Positions 38,193 to 46,900 of a stretch of 64,000 nt of DNA are shown here, in pieces. The notes beneath the pieces are model-generated. The model searched no databases and was not told where the DNA came from. It worked only from the letters and a program-made list of their open reading frames with translations. The first letter of the stretch is position 1; every line of letters starts with the position of its first letter. Source of the stretch: a virus; the IMG/VR virus record IMGVR_UViG_3300025727_000011, positions 5,666 to 69,665 of that record; one strand, 5' to 3'. The position numbers and the translations under genes are program-made.

Positions 38193-39422
38193 GTGTTCGC
38201 CAACCTTACCGAAGCCCTCAAACGGCGCATGATCCAAGAGATTCGGTACTTCTGGTCGAAAGACCCGCAGTATAAGGACACCCTGACTCCGAACATTCAA
38301 GGCCGATACTCGTTTGAGGAACGCCCTCAACAGGCGATCATCATGAAAGGGCAGTCAGCTTCCCCTTTCCAGTTGTCCGCTGATCACTTCCAAGGCACCA
38401 TCGTTTCCTACTGCTACTTGACCAAGGTGTATGGGCAGCGTGGCACCAGTATCGAGTGGGTGCGGGAGAACGGCACAGCCATCCGAGCCAACAACGGCAC
38501 CTTCCCATCCCCTCCCGGCGTCTACTACGTCGAGGTCCGAGTAGAGATAGTCGATGTTCGAGGGGTTCCCGAGGAACGGCTTGTGTTCTATGTGGATCCG
38601 TTGCTTGAGATCATTGACGAGACAGCAACCATGCTTGACCCACGGCTTTATGAGGTGGCCGCAGGTGATTTTCATCCTGGTAGTCTCCGAGTCTACGAGA
38701 TGCCGGGAAACATCCCGTATTACGAAGGGGTCAACTACTCGGCTGATCCTACGACAGGTCAGATCACTCTCGCTAACCCACTCCCCTCAAATACTTACTT
38801 GTCAGTGGATTATCGTTACACCACAGATAGTCGTGGACCTTTCCCGTTGCCCGAGAACGGGGCGAACGTCGAGGCCATTCCCGGTGTCGTGCTGGCATTC
38901 GGGCGCAGGGCTTATGACGGAGACATCATGGCGGTGGTCATAGGCGACCGGCGCGAGGATGTTGCTAGGGAATACGGCGGGCGATGGGAGATGAGCGTGG
39001 ACATGGACATCATGGCTCGTGATGTGTATGCCCAAGGTGAGATAACAGACCGGACTCTGATGTTCCTCTACACCGAGGCCCGTGAACGCCTTTCCACCGA
39101 GGGTATCGAGATCACGACCGCTAGTATGGGCGGTGAGGCAGAAGAGGTCTATGACGAGAATGGTGACGACTACTTCTACACGGCTTCGATTTCACTGTCG
39201 GTGATGACAGACTGGGCTATCCGAGTACCTATTGGTCGGACGTTGACTCGTGTGGAGACGAACACGGTGTCCGAGACTGAGATGGTGGCTGGACTCACTG
39301 ACGATCAGTTGGTCGAGATGGGTTCTCCGACCGGGTTGCAGTACACGGCTGACCTCGGACTCCGCGATCTCCGTGATCCGTGGTTCCGTGACAGGACGCG
39401 AAACTTCGATCTGATCCGGTAG
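38193..39422 (+). CDS. Putative neck / tail-completion structural protein
   Basis: Late promoter motif and GGAGG RBS; Ig-like insert (NYSADPTTGQITL); tail-terminator-like C-terminal fold inferred. Confidence 0.5.
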   Translation: MFANLTEALKRRMIQEIRYFWSKDPQYKDTLTPNIQGRYSFEERPQQAIIMKGQSASPFQLSADHFQGTIVSYCYLTKVYGQRGTSIEWVRENGTAIRANNGTFPSPPGVYYVEVRVEIVDVRGVPEERLVFYVDPLLEIIDETATMLDPRLYEVAAGDFHPGSLRVYEMPGNIPYYEGVNYSADPTTGQITLANPLPSNTYLSVDYRYTTDSRGPFPLPENGANVEAIPGVVLAFGRRAYDGDIMAVVIGDRREDVAREYGGRWEMSVDMDIMARDVYAQGEITDRTLMFLYTEARERLSTEGIEITTASMGGEAEEVYDENGDDYFYTASISLSVMTDWAIRVPIGRTLTRVETNTVSETEMVAGLTDDQLVEMGSPTGLQYTADLGLRDLRDPWFRDRTRNFDLIR

Positions 39423-39910
39423 TGCGTCTATTACTACAACTACATGTAAGTATCATTGGAGTGCTTTTATGTCCCGCTCACTTACCGCCTCTGACCGTAA
39501 AGCTCTGATTCGATTGGCCTCAACTCTCCCGAAGGGTAGCGACGAACGGAGGGCTGTACTCGCTGGGTTAATGGATTTGGGTGGCACGGGTACGACGGCA
39601 CAAGTACGGGAGGATATTGAGGAATTCCTTTCTTCTATCTTTGGTCACCAAATAAAAGTGATGAAGAGAGGGGACGTGATGGTGGTCCGTGAGGAGGGAA
39701 ACGATCATGGCACGTCCATCGAGATGGCGATGGACCTGGAAGGTCGTTGGACCATAAAGGCCCAGTTTGAAACTTCGGGAAAAGTGTCTCATATCCCTTA
39801 TGAAGACCACGATGAATATGCTCGGGATTTTGTTAGAGAGAGACTTGGGCCAATAAAGCAATGGATAGAGGTCTGACCTCGGTTTGGTCTGATCCGGTAG
39901 TGCGTCTATT
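39410..39910 (+). repeat. 23-bp perfect direct repeat (39410-39432 and 39888-39910) containing the late promoter motif
   Basis: TCTGATCCGGTAGTGCGTCTATT occurs twice, flanking ORF 39469-39876. Confidence 0.9.
39469..39876 (+). CDS. Shared-leader protein
   Basis: MSRSLTASDRKALIRLASTLPKGSDERRAVLAGL plus a ~100-aa unrelated domain. Confidence 0.75.
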   Translation: MSRSLTASDRKALIRLASTLPKGSDERRAVLAGLMDLGGTGTTAQVREDIEEFLSSIFGHQIKVMKRGDVMVVREEGNDHGTSIEMAMDLEGRWTIKAQFETSGKVSHIPYEDHDEYARDFVRERLGPIKQWIEV

Positions 39911-39946
39911 GTCCTCAACAAGCACCATGCTGTTGGGGGTTTAACG

Positions 39947-40771
39947 ATGCCATCGACCATTCGTGAAGGATCTCGCGGAAGCGATGTAATCCTCTGCCAA
40001 GACTCGCTCACGAAACATGGGTATCCATGTGACGCCGATGGGATTTTCGGATCCGGGACCGATGCAAAGGTCAAGTCCTTCCAAAAGGACAACGGTTTGG
40101 TGGTAGATGGCATCGTGGGATCAGGCACATGGGGCAAGCTCCTTGCAGATGCTCCCGAGGACGTGGGTATCGCCGCACCTGGACCTCTCCCTCCTGTAAT
40201 CGTGCAAGCTCAAGCCCTTGGGCTTGAGACGTGGGGCACCCCTTGGCGGCTCTGGTTGTTTGGTGTTCGCTCTCCGAATCGGAACGCCAACTCCTACGAC
40301 GATATGCTCGGTTGTGTTTATGTCGATGACGATGGGTTGTGGCAAGCACACTACTGGCCAGGAACCACAGACCCCGGCACATACTACTTGATCAACCCCA
40401 TGAACTCGGCGGGTTGCGCCATCCTGGTTGCGGGGCAGTACCTCGACACTTGGATGATTGATTTGCACGGAGGCAAGTACGAAGCCTTGTGTCAAAGGGC
40501 TGGGGAAGTGTCCGTGTACCGGGATGACAGCGGAGACGACAAGTTGGACCTCGATCCCCGCACCATCGCCACGGGCTACTTTGGGATCAATCTCCATGCC
40601 AGCACCCGTACCGAGGGTGCTACTTCGCAGTACGTCAATAAGTACAGCGCCGGATGCCAAGTTCACGCTTCGGCAGCGGGGTTCAAGAAAATGATGGAGT
40701 TGGCACACGCCCAGAAAAACAAGACGGGGAGAGACACGTTCTCGTATTCCTTGATGGACCAGTGGTGGTAA
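39947..40771 (+). CDS. Endolysin: peptidoglycan-binding domain plus catalytic domain
   Basis: GSRGSDV..Q...DGIFG..T...VK.FQ..NGL.VDGIVG..TW (PG_binding_1); C-terminal GINLH...SAGCQV. Confidence 0.85.
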   Translation: MPSTIREGSRGSDVILCQDSLTKHGYPCDADGIFGSGTDAKVKSFQKDNGLVVDGIVGSGTWGKLLADAPEDVGIAAPGPLPPVIVQAQALGLETWGTPWRLWLFGVRSPNRNANSYDDMLGCVYVDDDGLWQAHYWPGTTDPGTYYLINPMNSAGCAILVAGQYLDTWMIDLHGGKYEALCQRAGEVSVYRDDSGDDKLDLDPRTIATGYFGINLHASTRTEGATSQYVNKYSAGCQVHASAAGFKKMMELAHAQKNKTGRDTFSYSLMDQWW

Positions 40772-40789
40772 GTGTTCGATCTCCCCCCA

Positions 40790-41104
40790 ATGAATGTCCG
40801 TGTTGCCATGAGGCATGTGGTCCGTAAGGTCGATGACTTACGACCCCGAACGAAAACCAAACCTCGGTATATGCGGCTCATTGTCCATATGGAGCTTCCA
40901 TCAAAGGATGAATACCTACAAAAGGTATTGTCTACAGCGGCTCGGGCAACGGGATCAATCCCCTTTATCAGACGAACGGAGCTTGTTGAGACGGTTCTGG
41001 ACCTGCCTACCAGCCTTGACCAACGTAGGAAAGCGGTGAAGGCCATCAAGAACCTCCCTTTTGTGACTTCGGTTTATGCTGTGATGGGTCCACCTATCCG
41101 GTGA
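40790..41104 (+). CDS. Hypothetical protein (RVAMRH N-terminus)
   Basis: Follows a variant promoter at 40766-40780; start uncertain. Confidence 0.5.
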   Translation: MNVRVAMRHVVRKVDDLRPRTKTKPRYMRLIVHMELPSKDEYLQKVLSTAARATGSIPFIRRTELVETVLDLPTSLDQRRKAVKAIKNLPFVTSVYAVMGPPIR

Positions 41105-41108
41105 TCTT

Positions 41109-41270
41109 ATGTTGGATGCCTACATCATTGATCGCATCAGACGTGAGAGAGAGAAGGAGCGTCAACGACGCTCGGAAAAACGGCCTTCCATCCCCCTTCG
41201 GGAACCCCTTCACGAAACCCCTCCCTCTTCCCCTTCTCGGCGTGGGGGGGTGATTATAGAGTTGGAGTAG
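41109..41270 (+). CDS. 53-aa small protein (MLDAYIIDRIRRERE...RGGVIIELE), absent from the ORF track
   Basis: Hand-translated; fills the intergenic gap. Confidence 0.6.
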   Translation: MLDAYIIDRIRREREKERQRRSEKRPSIPLREPLHETPPSSPSRRGGVIIELE

Positions 41271-41298
41271 GGGGGTAGAGTGGGGGGCGGAGGTCATC

Positions 41299-41760
41299 GT
41301 GCCCATCTATGTTTTCACTTGTCAGTCGTGTGGGCTTCGGTTTGAGAAGCTGTATCGTCGTGTGTCTGACGATAGGGAGCACCCGTGTACGGAGTGTGGC
41401 GGCATAGGCACTCGACAGGTCACAGCAGCTTCCTTTTCCTTCAAACACCCGCAGAGTCAACTGAATGGGGCGCTACCTCCAAACACCGGCACATCAGATG
41501 ACTTCAATTTCGACAAAGCCATCGGGCGTGACGCCGCCAAGAAGTGGGGCAAGATCCATGAGAACAACGCCCGCAAGGACACTATCATCCGCGATGAGGC
41601 CAATCAGGGTCGTGGAATCACACGGGACCACCTCGTGAAAAAACGCGAAGGTGGCTACCGGGTCATTGAAGATTCCGAACGCAACGCCGTAAACGAACGA
41701 CGAGAGGCCGCTTTCAAGGTGTCGCAAGCGGCAACTGAACAAGCGAAAGACAAGAAATAG
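41299..41760 (+). CDS. FmdB-family zinc-ribbon protein
   Basis: MPIYVFTCQSCGLRFEKL...CTECG; GGAGG RBS. Confidence 0.8.
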   Translation: MPIYVFTCQSCGLRFEKLYRRVSDDREHPCTECGGIGTRQVTAASFSFKHPQSQLNGALPPNTGTSDDFNFDKAIGRDAAKKWGKIHENNARKDTIIRDEANQGRGITRDHLVKKREGGYRVIEDSERNAVNERREAAFKVSQAATEQAKDKK

Positions 41761-41770
41761 GGGCGGCCTT

Positions 41771-41785
41771 CGATACCTTCTTTAT
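41771..41785 (+). promoter_or_regulatory. Putative late promoter (CGATA-N6-TTAT)
   Basis: Variant motif ahead of three consecutive leader genes. Confidence 0.55.
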
Positions 41786-41817
41786 AGGACTCTTGGGGGC
41801 AAGAGCCTGGAGTGTCC

Positions 41818-42885
41818 ATGTCTACCCTTTCTGCATCTGACCTCACCCATTTGACCCGTCTGGCGTCTTCGATGCCCGAAGGTAGCGTTCAACGAAGGGC
41901 TATCCTGACCGCACTTCGGGATCACAGAGCAGAACCAAAAACTGCGGGTCTGAACAAGAAAGCCTCTCGCAACCGCATTGGGGCGATCCTCACACGGAAA
42001 CGTATGTTGATCTCCGGGCGTGGTCGAACTGCCGCAATTCGTCTTGCTTCTATGATGCCGAAAGGCTCGGAGGAGCGACAAGTTCTTTTGAACGGGTTGC
42101 GGAAACGGGCGACGGTACGAACGGCGGCTGATCCGAAAGCGGCGGCTGCAAAGTGGGTTGAGGAAGCTCTGGTTGAGTTGGCCGAAGAGGAGGGTCTTGA
42201 CGCAGATGACCTCAAGGTTCGCGGCAAGACCGGATGGGGCTATGGGGTCAATGTTGAGGGGCGAGGGCGTGGTGACTCTGGTGAGTCGGAGTGGGCGCTC
42301 TTTGAGGATTGGGATGACGCCGAAAAGGAAGCCTATGATTACGTCAGGAACATGTTGGAGGAGGAGCCAGAGATGTTCAACCAAGATTGGTTGGAGAACT
42401 ACATGAGCGTCAGTTCGACCGATGCTCGGATCATCGGCGGTGAGGAGGCTGACAATCGTATTGACGGCATGGACGATGAGGATCTCCTTCGGAACGGTGA
42501 CCTGGAAGATAAATGGCAAGACTTGGAAGACGAGAAAGATGAGATCGAGTACGGAGAAGCTCGTGATGCCGACGATGCCGACGATGCCGCCCTCGATAAG
42601 CGTGTCGCACAGATCGAAAAAGAGCAGTCCAAGTTGATCGACGAGGCTCGGGACGAGGTTCTCCTCAACTACGCGGCTGAAGTCGAAGACCAACTCAACC
42701 GCGACCCCCTTGAGTGGTACCGCGAGTTGACCGGGGAGCGCGACATCCCAGACTGGATCAGCGTAGACGTTGAGAAGGCCGCGAAGGCTGCCCTCCGAGA
42801 TGATGGTGTTGCTCACTTCCTTGACAACTATGACGGAGACTCCACCGAACTCCCGTCTGGTGCAGTCGCCTTTGGCACCAACTAG
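41818..42885 (+). CDS. Double-leader protein with highly acidic cargo
   Basis: Two leader copies (LTRLASSMPEGSVQRRAILTAL; AIRLASMMPKGSEERQVLLNGL), then a D/E-rich domain ending DGVAHFLDNYDG. Confidence 0.75.
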   Translation: MSTLSASDLTHLTRLASSMPEGSVQRRAILTALRDHRAEPKTAGLNKKASRNRIGAILTRKRMLISGRGRTAAIRLASMMPKGSEERQVLLNGLRKRATVRTAADPKAAAAKWVEEALVELAEEEGLDADDLKVRGKTGWGYGVNVEGRGRGDSGESEWALFEDWDDAEKEAYDYVRNMLEEEPEMFNQDWLENYMSVSSTDARIIGGEEADNRIDGMDDEDLLRNGDLEDKWQDLEDEKDEIEYGEARDADDADDAALDKRVAQIEKEQSKLIDEARDEVLLNYAAEVEDQLNRDPLEWYRELTGERDIPDWISVDVEKAAKAALRDDGVAHFLDNYDGDSTELPSGAVAFGTN

Positions 42886-42893
42886 AGGGAAAA

Positions 42894-43295
42894 ATGAAGA
42901 CTCTCACCACATCTGATAGAAAAGCCTTGATTCGACTAGCTTCTACAATGCCTGTAGGAAGTGCTGATCGAAAGACGATCCTCAAGGGACTGAGCCGGAG
43001 TCGGGCAGTCGCAGCAGGAACTACACTTCTTAATCTACCAGAGTATAGAGTTGATATAGGTCCAAGCGACACGACTGAAATGGTTGCTGCAAAGGCTTTG
43101 AAGGCCGCGAATCAAGGTAAACTTGTACGATTGAGTCCAATCGGGACAGGACGACACCACCGTTATGCGATTTGGGTCAAAAACTCCCACCTCGAATACC
43201 TCACGGGAGGTCGATGGGGCATTGAGCCTTTAGGCCAGGGTAACCAGAGGACCATCGAGAGGATTGTCAGAGAATGGGTCAGAGACCCCAGATAA
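42894..43295 (+). CDS. Shared-leader protein
   Basis: MKTLTTSDRKALIRLASTMPVGSADRKTILKGL plus an unrelated domain. Confidence 0.75.
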   Translation: MKTLTTSDRKALIRLASTMPVGSADRKTILKGLSRSRAVAAGTTLLNLPEYRVDIGPSDTTEMVAAKALKAANQGKLVRLSPIGTGRHHRYAIWVKNSHLEYLTGGRWGIEPLGQGNQRTIERIVREWVRDPR

Positions 43296-43400
43296 CCACG
43301 GATAATGTTATGCAACCTTCTGATCGAAAAGCCTTGATTCGACTAGCTTCTACAATGCCTGTAGGAAGTGCTGATCGAAAGACGATCCTCAAGGGACTGA
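42912..43400 (+). repeat. 82-bp direct repeat (42912-42993 and 43319-43400) encoding the leader
   Basis: 81 of 82 nt identical by direct comparison. Confidence 0.9.
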
Positions 43401-43795
43401 AGGCTTCGGCAGACCGGTATGACACACCTGAAATGGATGTCGCACTGGACGTGCTTGGTGCTGCGTCACCGGGAATCCTCCGGTGGCTGAATGCCAATAC
43501 CAATCTGGGATGGAAAGCTACATACGCGGATGGTGCTGCACGGGGAGCACATATCTCTTTTGGGTTGAAGGCGTCCCAAACCTACACCGCCCAAGTCCCT
43601 CGGTACAACGGAGGGGGCTGGTGGAAGGTTGTTGTCCATCTCGGAGCCGAAGATGGCAAAGTGAATGTAGAGGTAGGTACCCCATATGAGCCGCGTAGAG
43701 GACCGAGGACGGTTTTCCCCAAAGATATGGATGCGTCAGTCTTGCGTTCTCCCGGCAAGCTACTCGCTCGGGCAAATCTACCCCTCAAGAAATGA
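43310..43795 (+). CDS. Shared-leader protein
   Basis: MQPSDRKALIRLASTMPVGSADRKTILKGLKAS plus an unrelated domain. Confidence 0.75.
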   Translation: MQPSDRKALIRLASTMPVGSADRKTILKGLKASADRYDTPEMDVALDVLGAASPGILRWLNANTNLGWKATYADGAARGAHISFGLKASQTYTAQVPRYNGGGWWKVVVHLGAEDGKVNVEVGTPYEPRRGPRTVFPKDMDASVLRSPGKLLARANLPLKK

Positions 43796-43806
43796 GGCTG
43801 ATTTCT

Positions 43807-43821
43807 CGGTAGCTGGTTTAT
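43807..43821 (+). promoter_or_regulatory. Putative late promoter (CGGTA-N6-TTAT)
   Basis: Motif upstream of the tail sheath gene. Confidence 0.6.
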
Positions 43822-43928
43822 AGCCAGCGTCTTGTGATTACGGACGCCTTTACCGAGGCTCCGCAAAAGACACCCGCGCTTGCACCTACTCGGATTCAGT
43901 GCCGAGACAAGATCACGAGGCTTCTGAC

Positions 43929-46900
43929 ATGGCTATCATTCCCGGCTCGATTTACGCACCTCCCGGTGTCTACACCCGCACCCTCTTTGAAGATCCTCTG
44001 CAAGGACTCGCAGCGTCCGTTCGTTTGCCCCTCATCATGGGCACCGGCTCGGAGATCCTGTTCCAAGACTCTCTGGAGCTTGTCCGTGGGTCGTCCTCGT
44101 CTGTTGATCAGCGAGTGGTGCAGGAAGACGAAACCGGACGTGCCGTGGTCAGCATCAGCTTGGCTGGTGAGGTCACGCTGGGTGCCTTCGATGGTGTAAT
44201 CAATCAGGTGCAGGTCAAGCACTTCCCCATCGTGAACGGTAACGGCTCCGGTACGACCGCTACTGATGCGTCCAAGGTCAACGTCACCGTAAACGGTGAG
44301 CCGGTGGTGGTTCTCGCCATCAATGGTGCCAAGGGCATTCTGACCCTCTCTGTGACCCCCGAGGCCACCGATGAGGTCAAGGCCACCTATTTCTTCAACC
44401 GCACCGACACCCTGATCACGGACACGGTGAGCGATCAGATCAGCGGCGATGCACCAGAAATCTTTGGCGAGGTCGGCCAGAACTACACCGTCATCACAGG
44501 CGTCAACGATGAGTTGGTGTTCACTGTCGATGACGCGAGCACGGTCAATGTCACGATCTCGGCATCCCCTCCCGTTGGTTGGACCGCTGCACAGGTGGCG
44601 GCGTTCATCAACAGTGCGGCTACGGGAACTTCCCTTGTCGCAGCAACCGCCGTAAACAACCTCGGGCTGACGGTACTTCATCTGACCGCAGACCGGGACA
44701 TCACGGTAGGCAACGGGTCGGCAAACACTACCTTCGGTCTGTCAAGTGGTGCGACCACTGCTCGTAATAAGGTGTTCTACACGTTCCAGAACCCCATTGT
44801 GGACGGTTCCAACGGCGGCGTCACTACCACCGACCCCGCTGACGTGACTGTGAAGGTGAACGGCACTCAAATCATCCCGACTTCCGTGGATGGGCAGAGT
44901 GGTGCGGTGACCCTCCCCTTCGCTCCCGAGATTGGAGCCGTGGTCACCATCCAGTATTATTTCAACTCCTGGCAGGACACGTTCGACTACCTCGCCAACC
45001 GTGGTGTCACCGAAGTCACTCTCTGTGGCATCACCCCTGATCGTAACGACTACATCGACGGTGCTGACTTCGTGCTCAAGGACGACAAGATCCTATGGGG
45101 CACCGCAGTCACCATTGAGGGTGGTGAGTACACGGCGGGTGGCACCATCTTCGACGATACACAGGTCAGCGCGACTCTCGTGGACGTTCGCCAGTACCTT
45201 GCAGCTTGCTCCGCTGTGGTCAACACTGCGGTCAATCCTCCGGTCGAGGGCCGAACGCAGTTCACCCTGCCGCTTCAGCCGACGACGGGCAACGGACGTA
45301 GCACCCCACTCGGTGCCGAGACGTACTCCGAAGTGGCCAACGGTCGCATCGACCTTCCCACGGATCGGCCTGATCTTGTGTTCGCCTACTGGGGATACTC
45401 GGTAGAGGACGCTCTGGAGCGCGGTCGCGTCACTGTGACCAAGGTGGACTCCGCAACGAGCACCATTACGTTGGCCGACGTGGTTCCGGTTGGAGCCTCG
45501 GTCTACGCCACCTTCTACTACAACACGTTGGTTGACCAGGACTACTCGGTCGAGTGCATCACCGCTGGCGCTTCCGGCGTCGGCACCTACACCCTGAAGA
45601 ACGAAGCCGGGACCGTCCTCCTGACTCCACAGTTCGGAAGCAAGGGCGCTGCTCTGGCCACCGTCACGGTCGAGTTCCCCAGCGGCTCCGAGCGCACCCC
45701 TGACCTTCGGTTTGAGGCTCCGTTCGACGCTACTGGGTTTACAGGTCCCGTCGAGGAGGATGTGACCATCACCTTCGCCTCGCAAGATGCGACCCTGGCG
45801 AAGTACGCGGTTCCGGGTTCCGGCCCCTACTACACGATCAACGGGTCCAGCGACACGTTGGACATCGCGGTCAACGGTGCCACGATTTCTACGGACCTCG
45901 GTGATCCCACGGGAACGGGAACGGGTTTCTTGTCCACCCTTACCGGTGACGAGGTTGCGTACACCGCAGCGAGCGGGAACACCACCTACGTCATTGACGC
46001 CACCAACAATGCGGTAGACCTCCAGATTGACGGGTTGCTCATCCAAGCCGTCGCCAATGCTGGAGCCACCCAGGACATCACGGACTACGGTGAGGCCATC
46101 AATCGCGCTGCCTTTGGTGAGTTCGCTACAGCCCAAGCCGCCACCATTGCCGCTGAGATCACCCTCGCGGCGGCTACATCTTCGGATGTGGACGATTACT
46201 ACGTCGGCTGGGAGATCAAGATTTCGGCTGGAACCTCAGCCGGGGATAAGCGCACCATTACGGCTTACAACGGCACAACCAGGGTTGCTACAGTCAGTGT
46301 GCCCTTCGCAGCAGCCCCGGATGCCACTTCTACCTACTACCTCTATGATCCTGCTACCCGTCCACAGATCGCAGGAGCCACACGCTTCCTGTCTCCTGTA
46401 GACCTGAACGGCGGCTTCGCTACATTGAATCTGTCCTATTCGGGCAACGTGACCGCACCGACTGCGTTGGTTTGCGCGGTTGCACCAGGCCCTCACGCCT
46501 CGGCAACAGCACTCGCCATAGCGGTCCAAGCTGGAGTAGACGCAGCCATCCTTGCCGCCTTTGCGTTCAATGACCGGTTGGAGATTGATGTTTCGGCTGA
46601 CTCCAGTGGTCGCTTGGTGTTGACCCTTGGGGCACACCCGTTGGATACGACACTGGCCACCTTGGAGGTAGTCGCAGACGGAGTCCCCGCTGCGGACTTT
46701 GCGCTCCTCGCTGGATTCGACATCGCCACGACGGGCGGGGCGCAGGCCAAGCTCCAGAACCTCCCCATTGCCAGCACGTTCGCCTTCACCGGAGCGGTGA
46801 CCGGCCAGAAGGTCTACGACCGACTGATCCTCACCAACCGCATCACCCCCGGTCAATCCACGGACGGACAGTTCGTGCTTGACCAGTGCCAGTTGAAAGT

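Noticed and set aside
42912-43400. Diversity-generating retroelement template/variable repeat pair
   Set aside because: There is only one mismatch, the repeats lie at gene 5' ends, and no reverse transcriptase is present in the window.
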